The position numbers and the translations under genes are program-made. 64,000 nt of DNA from Candidatus Omnitrophota bacterium (GTDB lineage Bacteria; Omnitrophota; Gorgyraeia; B26-G9; JBDRCZ01), in the NCBI GenBank assembly GCA_043821285.1, contig JBDRCZ010000019.1:2234-66233 (forward strand), written 5' to 3'. This document shows, in pieces, positions 1 to 9,354 of the stretch; position 1 is the stretch's first letter, and every line of letters starts with the position of its first letter. The notes beneath the pieces are model-generated. The model was not told where the DNA came from, ran no database searches, and saw only the letters and a program-made list of their open reading frames with translations.

Positions 1-527
1 TCCGCTAATATATTCGAAATCGCTAAAGTCATGTTCGATTTTTTTACCATGCGCTCCAGGAGAAAATCGGCAAGATATAATATCATTCTGTTGCGATAAC
101 GGCCAAGTTCATGTTCAAGCATGGCGCGGTAGTCATCAGCGTAATCAAATACCTTGAAACAGTTACAACAGTTCATCAATGGGTATTGAGGAATATTATA
201 CAGAAATAAAACATCAATATTACATTGTGTTACAATCTCCTGCACCTTCTTACGAGAACAAATGGTATAATAACCTTTTTTTACCAACTTGTTTAAAGGG
301 AATGTTCTGTTCCATACAGCTGGATTAACTTCCACATCAATAAGCCGAAGTTTTTCTGGAAGAGCCGCCTCAATTTCCTGATAATTTGTTTCGATTAAAT
401 TTGCCGATGGCGGAGGCTGAAGAACATAAACCATATGTCCCATTTTTGCTAAACGGGTAAACAACTGCTGGTATCTGCTCCAATTAATCGCTTTCCAGCG
501 GGCCATATAAGGGAATAGAAAATTCAT
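1..527 (-). CDS. Glycosyltransferase (GT4-like), N-terminal part only. The gene starts at an ATG whose A overlaps the stop of the next gene (ATGA) and runs off the left edge.
   Basis: My own translation of the minus strand from ~527 gives MNFLFPYMARWKAINWSRYQQLFTRLAKMGHMVYVLQPPPSANL... with no stop before position 1. This is a GT-B N-terminal style sequence. It is absent from the ORF track because no stop lies in the window. Confidence 0.4.
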   Translation of the reverse strand, partial: MNFLFPYMARWKAINWSRYQQLFTRLAKMGHMVYVLQPPPSANLIETNYQEIEAALPEKLRLIDVEVNPAVWNRTFPLNKLVKKGYYTICSRKKVQEIVTQCNIDVLFLYNIPQYPLMNCCNCFKVFDYADDYRAMLEHELGRYRNRMILYLADFLLERMVKKSNMTLAISNILA

Positions 528-1438
528 TGCTTAATCCATCCCTTGTCTAATACATCTATATACCTGGCAACCCTGATATCCGTTTCTTTTTGCTTTAGGA
601 AATCTAATAATTCTGAAAATCTTTTCATTCTAACAACATCATATGGATCTAGATAAATATTGATATAAGCAGATGAATCAATTGCCATATTAACCAAAAG
701 TTTAAATAAATGAATATATTCTTTTTCTGTCCGGTGTATCATTTTATAAAATAATTTTGGGGAATTAAAAGAATGCCAGGTATCAAAGACTGTAAACGGA
801 TGCCGGGGACAAGTGCTTAAAGGAAATTCTACTATTCCATTATCAGCTAAAAACGGCATTCCTTTTGATTTTGTATTTGTAAGGCATGTAGAAGATGAAT
901 ATTTATACCCTATTTCGTTAAGTAACTTATATATGTCCGGGGTAAATAAATTTTTAAAATGCGGAATACGGCATCCTACCGGCTGATATTTAAGAATACT
1001 CTTACAAACATTATGACACTTTTCGATTTCTTCCTTTTTTTCATCATACGATATTTCTTTAAATTTACGCCCCGGGGTTAGCTCGTCATTATCCGGATGT
1101 GAATACGTGTGATTTACGATTTCATGTCCATATTCTAAAATCATTTTATGTTCCTCAGGAAATTTTTCTATCCAATATCCGACACAGGCAAAACTCGTTG
1201 TTATGTCAAATCTCTTTAGGATTTTCAAAACATCTGGAATTGCTTCTACATCTTTAGAATAATCACAATCAAACGAGATGGTCAGTACCGAACATGTTCC
1301 ATTCCAGAATCGCTTACGATATTTGCTATCCCCTAAACAATTCCGCAAAAACCATGCCGGAAATAACAGGGTTACTCCCGCGATAACAATAATATTATCA
1401 TTGTGGTTAAGAATATATTCAATTATCTTCTTTTTCAT
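524..1438 (-). CDS. Polysaccharide deacetylase family protein (CE4/NodB-like, divergent)
   Basis: ORF track 304 aa. Motifs ISFDCDYSKD (a degenerate TFDDG) and HEIVNHTYSHP (the HxxxH metal site) are typical of the NodB homology domain. Confidence 0.55.
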   Translation of the reverse strand: MKKKIIEYILNHNDNIIVIAGVTLLFPAWFLRNCLGDSKYRKRFWNGTCSVLTISFDCDYSKDVEAIPDVLKILKRFDITTSFACVGYWIEKFPEEHKMILEYGHEIVNHTYSHPDNDELTPGRKFKEISYDEKKEEIEKCHNVCKSILKYQPVGCRIPHFKNLFTPDIYKLLNEIGYKYSSSTCLTNTKSKGMPFLADNGIVEFPLSTCPRHPFTVFDTWHSFNSPKLFYKMIHRTEKEYIHLFKLLVNMAIDSSAYINIYLDPYDVVRMKRFSELLDFLKQKETDIRVARYIDVLDKGWIKQ

Positions 1439-2582
1439 CGTGTTTTAACTTATAACATACATCAATAATCTTCGCGGCATTATTTTTCCAAAGATGATTT
1501 TTAAAAACATTATTTCTGGCATTTTCTCTGATTCTCTTATTTAATTCATCATCGTCCAGAATCCTTTCTATACACGCGGCCAAAGCAAATACATTTTGCG
1601 GCTCAAACAAAAGTCCATTCTTATCATCATCAATTACGTCTTCTAAAGGGCCAAGCCTTGGAGCAACAACCGGCTTACCCATTGCCATATATTCGAAAAT
1701 CTTCATTGGTGAGCCGTAATTATTAGAATTTGGCATAACACAAACATCCATACTTGCAATATACTTTGGAAGTTCTTCATATTCTACTTTTCCGGCAAAA
1801 ATTAATTTGCTCATTATTTTCAGATCCGTTTTAATCTCTTCCAGCCTTACTTTCATCGGACCGTCTCCCACCAAAAAGAGACATAGATTGTTTCTTTTTT
1901 TTTCAATATTTTTCACTGCTTCTAACAGCAGCTCTAACCCATGCCACGGATAAAATCCTCCCACAAAACCGATTATATTTCTGCCGCTTAATCCGCATTT
2001 ATCCTTTATTTCATTTGCACTAAAATTAAAGCTAAAAATTTTTTCGTCCACCGCATTGGGGGTTAGATATATTTTTCCATCTGATATACCAAGTGCGATT
2101 AATTGTTTTTTTAAAAAACTTGAAACGACAAAAATTGCATCAGCATTTTCAAAAGATTTTCTCTCAATATAACGCACAAAAGGCAGTAATACCTTTGTCC
2201 GTCTTCTCACCAGCGGCGTATAAGAGGTATAATTGACTTCAAGCATATATGGGATATTAAATCTTTTCGCTAAATATGTGCCCGCCCAGGAAAAAAAAGC
2301 AAAACGTTCATAGACAAAGTCGTATTTATTTAAAGAAAATTTTTGTCTTATCTTTCTGAAAGCAAGAAAATTATAAAAAATTTCCATAAGTTCAAAAACA
2401 TATTCCGGTAAATTCTTGGATAACCAGTCGAACCTTTTTCTTAATGCCCCCTTCCCTTCAGTCATAACCGGACAATCCATATCTACCGTATGTCCCATTC
2501 TTCTTAATGCTTCAACAATCCCGCGGATATGTATGCCCTCAACCCCCTTTCCTTGCGTTCTATGAATATATAATATTTTCAT
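1419..2582 (-). CDS. Glycosyltransferase family 4 (GT-B, group 1)
   Basis: 387 aa. C-terminal EYMAMGKPVVAPRLGPLEDVI matches the GT4 E-x7-E donor-binding motif. The 20-nt overlap with the downstream gene indicates an operon. Confidence 0.8.
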   Translation of the reverse strand: MKILYIHRTQGKGVEGIHIRGIVEALRRMGHTVDMDCPVMTEGKGALRKRFDWLSKNLPEYVFELMEIFYNFLAFRKIRQKFSLNKYDFVYERFAFFSWAGTYLAKRFNIPYMLEVNYTSYTPLVRRRTKVLLPFVRYIERKSFENADAIFVVSSFLKKQLIALGISDGKIYLTPNAVDEKIFSFNFSANEIKDKCGLSGRNIIGFVGGFYPWHGLELLLEAVKNIEKKRNNLCLFLVGDGPMKVRLEEIKTDLKIMSKLIFAGKVEYEELPKYIASMDVCVMPNSNNYGSPMKIFEYMAMGKPVVAPRLGPLEDVIDDDKNGLLFEPQNVFALAACIERILDDDELNKRIRENARNNVFKNHLWKNNAAKIIDVCYKLKHDEKEDN

Positions 2583-2583
2583 T

Positions 2584-3267
2584 TTATTTTATCAACTCGC
2601 TCACTTTTACAAATTCAAAGCCGCGTTTTTGCAAATTATCAATTATTGACGGAAGCGCGGCAACGGTCCCGCGATTGTTATCATGAAACAAAAGAATGTC
2701 TCCCGGTTCAATTTCTTGAGCATTTATTTCGGAAATTATATCCTCAGCATTTTTATGCATAAAATCATTAGTCTCTATAGAATACATAATAAATGTATAT
2801 CCCTTTTTAACCGCAAATAGCAATGCCGGTAAACTTAGCTCGCAATACGGGGAACGAAAAAGTTTAATTCTGTTTTTATAAAACTCTTCTATTTTAATTT
2901 GTGTTTTTTCAATCTCCGAGATAAAGTTCTCTATCCGCATCTGCCGGATATGACTATGGGTATAAAGATGATTGCCAATTGCATGTCCTTGTTCAACGAT
3001 ACATTTTACAAGTTCAGGAAATTTTTCCAACTCCTCCCCAAGCAGAAAAAAGGTCGCTTTTACATCATATCTTTTTAATATCTCCAGCGTTTTTTCTGTA
3101 AATTCAGCATTTGGCCCGTCATCAAATGTCAAGGCAATTCTTTTGGCGGATAATCGCCCCTGCCAGATTATATATTTAGGGGGTACAACGTAGCCGATTA
3201 ATGCCTTTATTATCCGCTTTATCCTCGTGTAAATCCGCAGCTTCCTGAATAGTTTTTGCATTAGCAA
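2584..3267 (-). CDS. Polysaccharide deacetylase (CE4, NodB domain)
   Basis: 227 aa. Canonical TFDDGPN, HAIGNHLYTHSH and LLFHD motifs. Confidence 0.8.
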   Translation of the reverse strand: MLMQKLFRKLRIYTRIKRIIKALIGYVVPPKYIIWQGRLSAKRIALTFDDGPNAEFTEKTLEILKRYDVKATFFLLGEELEKFPELVKCIVEQGHAIGNHLYTHSHIRQMRIENFISEIEKTQIKIEEFYKNRIKLFRSPYCELSLPALLFAVKKGYTFIMYSIETNDFMHKNAEDIISEINAQEIEPGDILLFHDNNRGTVAALPSIIDNLQKRGFEFVKVSELIK

Positions 3268-3325
3268 CTTGAACTTAGTGGGTTAAATGCTCAATTATTA
3301 CTCCACCTATGCCACTTAGTTAAAC

Positions 3326-4243
3326 CTACTGTTTTCTAAAGGCTAAATTTAGCCAAGGCAAAAATGCCTCACGCGGCATATTATTATGACTCGAATTTAG
3401 CACGCCGGCGCCTCTTGCCATAAATGCGATGATTTTAGAAAATAGGTCATTTTTTTTATTTTCCAGAAACTTCTCTACCTGATCGTATCCCTCAATATTA
3501 GTAATATATGTAAAACTATCCAAATATTTCCTTATCTGCCAATAGGTTATACCTACCGTACAAAATTTCGCATGAAAGATATTTGTCATAATCCTTGGAA
3601 AGTAATTTATAAACCATTTCTTCGAGTGAAGCTCTATGGGATAGAGACCATTAGAGGTTTCCAGAATAAACAGGATACCGCCTTTTTTTAAAACCCGAGA
3701 GAGCTCGGTAATATACTTTCCCCGGTTAACATCTTTTATATATTCAAAAACCGATACACAAGTAACAATATCAAATGTTTCATCTATATATTTTAACTTG
3801 CTGCAATCTTTACAATACATTAAACGAATTTTATCTTCTAATCCATATTTTTTTATACGAATGTTTCCTATGTCTATGGCTATAGCGTCGGGATCAACCC
3901 CAACCACCTTAGCCCCTTCTAAAGCCAATGCAACAGCCGTGGCCGCAGTATTGCATCCAAACTCTAAAACATATTTATTCCTTAAGGAATCATTTCCCAT
4001 TTTTAATACACTTGTCATAAAAGGAATAGAATTTATCTGATGAATGTTTACATAATTCAGCATCTTAATTGCTGTTTTCTTAAAATTGACATCGTTTTTA
4101 TTATATCCATACCCTTGCTGATATGCCTTTAGCATTCTGTGATCATATTCATCCATGACCGGCTGCCATCGTTCTAAAGCAGAACCATCTGCATTAACAT
4201 CCTGGGCATTAGCACTTTTTATTATTTTTCTATCGATGTTCAT
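3326..4243 (-). CDS. Class I SAM-dependent methyltransferase
   Basis: 305 aa. Motif I VLEFGCNTAATAVALALEGAKVVGVDPD and a post-I acidic residue. Confidence 0.7.
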   Translation of the reverse strand: MNIDRKIIKSANAQDVNADGSALERWQPVMDEYDHRMLKAYQQGYGYNKNDVNFKKTAIKMLNYVNIHQINSIPFMTSVLKMGNDSLRNKYVLEFGCNTAATAVALALEGAKVVGVDPDAIAIDIGNIRIKKYGLEDKIRLMYCKDCSKLKYIDETFDIVTCVSVFEYIKDVNRGKYITELSRVLKKGGILFILETSNGLYPIELHSKKWFINYFPRIMTNIFHAKFCTVGITYWQIRKYLDSFTYITNIEGYDQVEKFLENKKNDLFSKIIAFMARGAGVLNSSHNNMPREAFLPWLNLAFRKQ

Positions 4244-4307
4244 TTTCTGTTTTCATTAGTGGAGAAATCTCTTTTTTAGCCACGTTCAATCAGTGTTTAT
4301 CCGTAGC

Positions 4308-6422
4308 TTAATCTTTTGATAATTGTCGCCAGATCCTATCCATTAGCTGCATGTTTTGTAATCCTTCTTCTCCGCTTACCGGCGCTTCTTTGTCTTTAAC
4401 AATACTCTGATAAAATTCACGGATTAAAATCTCCGTACCTTCATAATAAGTAAATGTCTTTCTTAAAGCCTGGAAGGTGTTTTTAAATGTACTTGAAACA
4501 ATTGTCTTGGCCTGGGAAAAATTCATTAGGGTGCGGGATATGGCTTTGGGAATACCTTTAACTGCTCCCTGTTTTATTACGGTTTTATTTAAAAAATCCA
4601 GAAATAGCGTCATCTTTGTACCGTAAATGTTTAAGGTTTGATAGCGTGGATTAACTGCTAACGACAGACTCACCATTCCCATAGACTTCTTTGTTTCGAC
4701 AAACACCCGCAGTTCATCACTATCCATTGCCTTGACCACTCCACTATGCCTGCCCGTGGCATAAATTTTTTCGGGGTAACCGATAATATCTGTTAACACA
4801 CAAAGCGCATGCGGAGCCAAGTTCTGATAAAGCCCGCCGGGCATTTTAAACGTCCAGTGATCCTTTGCCCCGGGCCGCATATAACGGCTGTTAGGATTTT
4901 CTCCGAGATTAAAACCGTACCAGCTCTCCACATAGACAATATTGCCAACAAGATGTTTGGCAATTAAATCCCGCGCTTCGATCATTACCGGGTCATACAA
5001 ATGATTATGCCCGACGCACAATTTAATTTTTTGTTCTTCTGCCGCCTGAACCATTTCTTCTGCATCCTGGGCATTTACCGCCATCGGTTTTTCCACATAG
5101 ACGTGGCATCTGTTTTTGAGCGCATAAAGCGTATGCGCTTTATGCAGATGCGGGGGAGTGAGGATATGCACGACATTTGGCCGCTCACTCGTAATCAATT
5201 CTTCGATTGTAGAATGAACGTTTTTTATGTTAAATTTATCCGCAATAAACGCCGCGTTTTTTGCATCCGGGTCGCAGACCCCGACAATCTCCACTCCTTC
5301 TATTCGTTTAAGAATAGGGATATGGGTTAAGGCAATCTGTCCGCAGCCGACAATCGCTGCTTTCTCGGGTTTACTTATGCGAAACTGCCTGTCTCTCACC
5401 CGGGGGCCAATTTTGCGCTTCGGCATTAAATTGTTATTATGCCACTGCATTGTCCGCTTTAATGCCTCGCTCCACTTTACCTCTGGTAACCAGCCCAATT
5501 TATCTTTTAATTTATCATTAAGGTAAATAAATTCATGGCTGCATAAAAACATAAATTTTCTGGCAAAAGGATTATTCTTCTTAAGCAGTTTAAACAAAAT
5601 ACCCAGCATTTCTGAAAAAGCAAGCATGACAAAATAAGGCACATAATATATCGCTAACCTTGGCAGCACCATACTTTTTACCCGTTCCAGGTAATCCTTT
5701 TGCGTAAATTCCGGATTATCAACCACATTAAAGACATGGCCATTGGCTTCGTCTTTCTCCACTGCTAATACGATTGCCTCGGCAAGGTTTTTCACATATA
5801 CTGCCGGCAGCCGGTTATTCCCATTGCCAACAACCATAAACCGGTTAAACCCTAACGCATATCCCATGCGGGGGATATAGAGTTTGCCGTATTCGCCGTA
5901 AATTAACCCCGGCCGGATAATTACCGTGGAGAATTTAGTATGGTTATGAAATTTGGCAATAATATCTTCGGCAATAATTTTGGACCTTGTATAATAATCC
6001 GCATCTTTTTCTTGGACAATAGGGGTATCTTCGGTTATTGGGCCTGATTTATTTGTATCGTGAACAAGTATGGTACTTATATAAATGAATTTTTTGCCGC
6101 CGGCCTTATGGAATTCATCAAGCAAATACTCTGTAGATTTTGCATTAACGTTAAGGTAATCCTCCCATGCCCCGCTCATCGCTGCTGCAGCATGAATAAC
6201 CGCGTCCATACCGGAAACCGCCTGGCTAAAACTTGCCGGATCACTTAAATCACCAAAGCATAATTCTACCCCGGCATTTTGCAAATGCCCGTGATCGGCA
6301 GTCTTTCGCACTAATGCCCGTACCTGGTATCCGGCATCAGTGAGTTTTTCTACTAAATGCCGGCCTAAAAAACCCGCGGCCCCGGTAACAAGTATCTTTG
6401 TATTTTTATTTGTCCTTTCCAT
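4308..6422 (-). CDS. Bifunctional fusion: N-terminal NAD-dependent sugar epimerase/dehydratase (SDR-extended) joined to a C-terminal Gfo/Idh/MocA-family oxidoreductase
   Basis: The ORF track runs to 6500, but the likely true start is the internal MERTNKN, preceded by AAAGGA. The N-terminus has ILVTGAAGFLGRHLVEKL (a GxxGxxG Rossmann motif). After ~residue 370 a second Rossmann motif AAIVGCGQIALTHIPIL and YVEKPMA (the Gfo/Idh/MocA EKP motif) appear. Confidence 0.7.
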   Translation of the reverse strand: MERTNKNTKILVTGAAGFLGRHLVEKLTDAGYQVRALVRKTADHGHLQNAGVELCFGDLSDPASFSQAVSGMDAVIHAAAAMSGAWEDYLNVNAKSTEYLLDEFHKAGGKKFIYISTILVHDTNKSGPITEDTPIVQEKDADYYTRSKIIAEDIIAKFHNHTKFSTVIIRPGLIYGEYGKLYIPRMGYALGFNRFMVVGNGNNRLPAVYVKNLAEAIVLAVEKDEANGHVFNVVDNPEFTQKDYLERVKSMVLPRLAIYYVPYFVMLAFSEMLGILFKLLKKNNPFARKFMFLCSHEFIYLNDKLKDKLGWLPEVKWSEALKRTMQWHNNNLMPKRKIGPRVRDRQFRISKPEKAAIVGCGQIALTHIPILKRIEGVEIVGVCDPDAKNAAFIADKFNIKNVHSTIEELITSERPNVVHILTPPHLHKAHTLYALKNRCHVYVEKPMAVNAQDAEEMVQAAEEQKIKLCVGHNHLYDPVMIEARDLIAKHLVGNIVYVESWYGFNLGENPNSRYMRPGAKDHWTFKMPGGLYQNLAPHALCVLTDIIGYPEKIYATGRHSGVVKAMDSDELRVFVETKKSMGMVSLSLAVNPRYQTLNIYGTKMTLFLDFLNKTVIKQGAVKGIPKAISRTLMNFSQAKTIVSSTFKNTFQALRKTFTYYEGTEILIREFYQSIVKDKEAPVSGEEGLQNMQLMDRIWRQLSKD

Positions 6423-6708
6423 TTTTTGTCCTTTCAATGTTATAGGTTCTCTCAAATAATAAACCACAGAGAGCATAATGCTCACTTTTAAGGTAAACAA
6501 TGGCCTTTTGGCCGTTCATCAACATAAATAATATTTATTTTCCCGCCAAGACGCCAATTTTTACACGGATAAAAAACCGGCTTTTTAATAATCCATTTGT
6601 TTGACCTCATTCCACCACAAGGCATTGGCGGATCTTCGATTTTTATCAGTGTTTAATCCGTGTCAATCCGTGGCTTTGTCTTTTTATTTTATTTGTAAGA
6701 CTACCATT

Positions 6709-7908
6709 TCACAGCACTACTTTCCTAATCTCCGCTTTGAGCCGGTCTATACAATCCTGCCAGGAATTATTTTTTACTCTTGCACGTAAGTCTTCTCTGT
6801 TCCACTGTCTGCTTTTTGCCTCCTTTACAGCCTCTGCCAACTGGTCTGGATTTTTTGGGTCAACTAAAAATCCGTATTTTTTGTCATTAACTATCTCCGG
6901 TATACCGCCAACATTCGATGCCACAATTGGCACCCCGCAGGCTAATGCCTCCATTAACACGTTCGGCCAGCCCTCGCTTAAACTCGGCAGGCAAAACAGG
7001 TCCGCAGCATTCATCCATATGGGCAAGGCAGTATTTTCTATGCTGCCGACAAAACTTATCCGGTCACTAAGCTCATACCCTTTTACCATGTTTTTAAGTT
7101 TATTTTCCAGCTTGCCATGGCCAATTATTATTAAATTAATATTATTTATACTATTCTTACATAAAATATCTATTGCCTTAATCAAATATTCCACGCCTTT
7201 GATCCTACGCAGGTACCCGGCAAAAAGGATAAAAAAACTGTTTTGATTTATGCCAAGCTTTTTCCGGCAATCCTGCCGCTCCTGTATATTAAAAATTTCC
7301 GTGTCCACACCTAAGGTAATTGTCATAATCTTATGCGGCTCAACACCCAATTTGATTATTTTATTCTTCAAATCACCGCACACCGGAAAAATCGTAGTAC
7401 ATTTATTTAAGGTATATTGGATAATCTTTTTTCTTATATATCCCCGCGGTAAAATATTTATATCCGAACCGCGCGGCCGGATAATTACCGGAAGATTATA
7501 TTTCTTCCCCAATAAAACCGCGGCATACCCCTCCGGATATGTCCAGAAAGAAATAATCGCATTAAAGTTAAATTCTTTCCGTAGTTCGATCATTAACTGC
7601 CTTAAGCTAAAATAACAGAAAAAACCAAAAAGCCCGCGGCCAACCTTAGGAATAACCAGATAGCGCCGGTAGAAAACTTCGATATGGCCGTCCTGCCTTT
7701 TTTCTGCGACATTGTATGGCTGTTTATCAATTACCCGTTTAAACGGATATGTGGCAATTGTTGCGACAACTTTTATCTCAAAATCCTCGGATATCCCCTC
7801 AACCTGTCTTTTAATATCTATGCCTAAATTCTCATCTAAATTATTAGGGTAGGCATTAGTCAAAACAAGTATTTTTTTCTTTTCGTTAGGACAAATATAA
7901 CTGCTCAT
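6709..7908 (-). CDS. Glycosyltransferase family 4
   Basis: 399 aa. SEGWPNVLMEALACGVPIVASNVGGIPEIV is a GT4 signature. Confidence 0.8.
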   Translation of the reverse strand: MSSYICPNEKKKILVLTNAYPNNLDENLGIDIKRQVEGISEDFEIKVVATIATYPFKRVIDKQPYNVAEKRQDGHIEVFYRRYLVIPKVGRGLFGFFCYFSLRQLMIELRKEFNFNAIISFWTYPEGYAAVLLGKKYNLPVIIRPRGSDINILPRGYIRKKIIQYTLNKCTTIFPVCGDLKNKIIKLGVEPHKIMTITLGVDTEIFNIQERQDCRKKLGINQNSFFILFAGYLRRIKGVEYLIKAIDILCKNSINNINLIIIGHGKLENKLKNMVKGYELSDRISFVGSIENTALPIWMNAADLFCLPSLSEGWPNVLMEALACGVPIVASNVGGIPEIVNDKKYGFLVDPKNPDQLAEAVKEAKSRQWNREDLRARVKNNSWQDCIDRLKAEIRKVVL

Positions 7909-8986
7909 ACTCCTGCACCATTATCTCCAGATTAAAATGTTCCCTGACTCGCTGACAAGCACATTCTCCCATTTTTTTCTGCAATTTTTTATCGGTCAAT
8001 ATGGTAATTATTTTTTCTGCCATTTGCTTTGGCTCTTTGGGCGTAACTAAATACCCGGTTTTTTCATCCGGCACAACCTCACAATTTCCGCCAACCGCCG
8101 TAGCCACTACCGGAATACTTGCCGCCATGGCTTCAATTAAAGCTAAGGGCAGTCCCTCACTAAGCGAGGATAAGACAAACAGGTCAAATATTTGTAAGAC
8201 CTTATCCACATCATCTCTTGCACCTAAAAACATTATGTTTTTCCTCACTTCTATGTCACGGGAAAAATCCTCTAATTTCTTTCTTAATGGTCCGTCCCCG
8301 ACAATTATTAGGATAACATTTTTTAATTTATCTAACACCAAAGAAAAGGACTTAATCAAAGTTAAATGATCTTTTACCTCTACCAGCCTCCCGACTGTCC
8401 CGATAACACGTGTATCTTCATCAATCCCCAGCTCTTTTTTTAATGTCTTTTGCATATCCTGCCGGCTGAATCTGCCAACATCAATACCGTTTAATATTGT
8501 TTTAATCTTTTGCCGATTAATATTTTCCTCTTTAACCATAAACCCCGCCACATTCGCTGAATCACAAACAATATAATCCGTAGCATAAGACAAAATTTTC
8601 TCCAGTATTTTCCTTCTTTTTAAGTCATCCACGTTACTGTGCTCGGTATGTATTAACCTTATTTCTTGCACCATGTTTTTGGCAACTGCCGCATACAGCC
8701 AAGGGGCATAGTTATGGGTATGGACAATATCAATTTGATTTTCCTGAAACAGCCTTTTTAATTTCCACGGCAGGAAAAAATCAAGGCCATTTCTTTTTTT
8801 AATTATATGCACGGGGATCCCGGCCTTGGTAAATTCCGGTATCAGCTTGCCATCTTCCCTGAGAGTGCAGACACGGGAGGAAAACCGCTGACGGTCAAGG
8901 GCATTCAGCATATTTAAAACAAGCATCTCCAGCCCGCCGATATCTAAAGAATTAGTTACATGCATTATATTTATTTTCTTGTTCAT
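7886..8986 (-). CDS. Glycosyltransferase family 4
   Basis: 366 aa. SEGLPLALIEAMAASIPVVATAVGGNCEVV. It overlaps the upstream GT4 gene by 23 nt. Confidence 0.8.
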   Translation of the reverse strand: MNKKINIMHVTNSLDIGGLEMLVLNMLNALDRQRFSSRVCTLREDGKLIPEFTKAGIPVHIIKKRNGLDFFLPWKLKRLFQENQIDIVHTHNYAPWLYAAVAKNMVQEIRLIHTEHSNVDDLKRRKILEKILSYATDYIVCDSANVAGFMVKEENINRQKIKTILNGIDVGRFSRQDMQKTLKKELGIDEDTRVIGTVGRLVEVKDHLTLIKSFSLVLDKLKNVILIIVGDGPLRKKLEDFSRDIEVRKNIMFLGARDDVDKVLQIFDLFVLSSLSEGLPLALIEAMAASIPVVATAVGGNCEVVPDEKTGYLVTPKEPKQMAEKIITILTDKKLQKKMGECACQRVREHFNLEIMVQEYEQLYLS

Positions 8987-9120
8987 TATAAAAAAATTCC
9001 TTTAGCTCGACTATCATTATTTCAAGATTACCGGGTATTATGCCAAACTGATGAGGTTATGCAGTACCGGAAATTTTTTATCCATTTGAACACGAAAGTT
9101 ATCAAACTTTCCCGCCCAAA
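8987..9120 (-). promoter_or_regulatory. Copy A of a reused promoter/5'-leader module. It carries an extended -10 TGGCATAAT (about 9037-9045) and ends in AAGGAATTTTTTTATAATG at the GT4 start.
   Basis: Read on the minus strand the module is ...TTGATAACTTTCGTGTTCAAATGGATAAAAAATTTCCGGTACTGCATAACCTCATCAGTTTGGCATAATACCCGGTAATC...CTAAAGGAATTTTTTTATAATG. Related copies sit before the genes starting at 27790 and 33000, and on the plus strand at 31590-31700. Confidence 0.5.
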
Positions 9121-9314
9121 TGCCACCCGGCAAAGCCTGACCGCAGCGAATAGGCAATTTATTAGCTTCCGGTGCTTCGCACCATCGTCAATTCATCTCT
9201 ATGCCAAAAGCACAGAAATAAATTGGCATTTTCTTAAAAAATCACTTTCGCTTCCAACCACCACAAAGTGTTGGCGGATCTTCGATGTGCCGGGAAATGC
9301 TTTGAATTTCCCAC

Positions 9315-9354
9315 GTATAAATCTTCCCTGTCGTTAAGACAGGGAAGATTTATA
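9315..9354. terminator. Perfect 18-bp inverted repeat GTATAAATCTTCCCTGTC-gttaa-GACAGGGAAGATTTATAC overlapping the stop codon of the 9334-10203 methyltransferase
   Basis: Seen directly in the sequence. The last six codons and the stop sit inside the hairpin. There is no clear U-tract on the minus strand, so this could be a terminator or a stability element. Confidence 0.4.

Noticed and set aside
6485-6650. 46-aa minus-strand ORF (MPCGGMRSNKWIIKKPVFYPCKNWRLGGKININIIYVDERPKGHCLP) overlapping the repeat at 6611-6639
   Set aside because: It has no RBS, overlaps the spurious N-terminal extension of the epimerase-fusion ORF, and the other two repeat copies terminate after 14-30 codons with unrelated tails.
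2972-8369. Numerous 60-170-aa ORFs on the plus strand (e.g. 2972-3193, 5001-5330, 6737-7246, 7250-7615, 8001-8369), with many similar ones later in the window
   Set aside because: They lie wholly antisense inside strongly supported minus-strand genes, have low-complexity or odd composition, and have no RBS or family signatures. They are shadow ORFs typical of AT-rich DNA.
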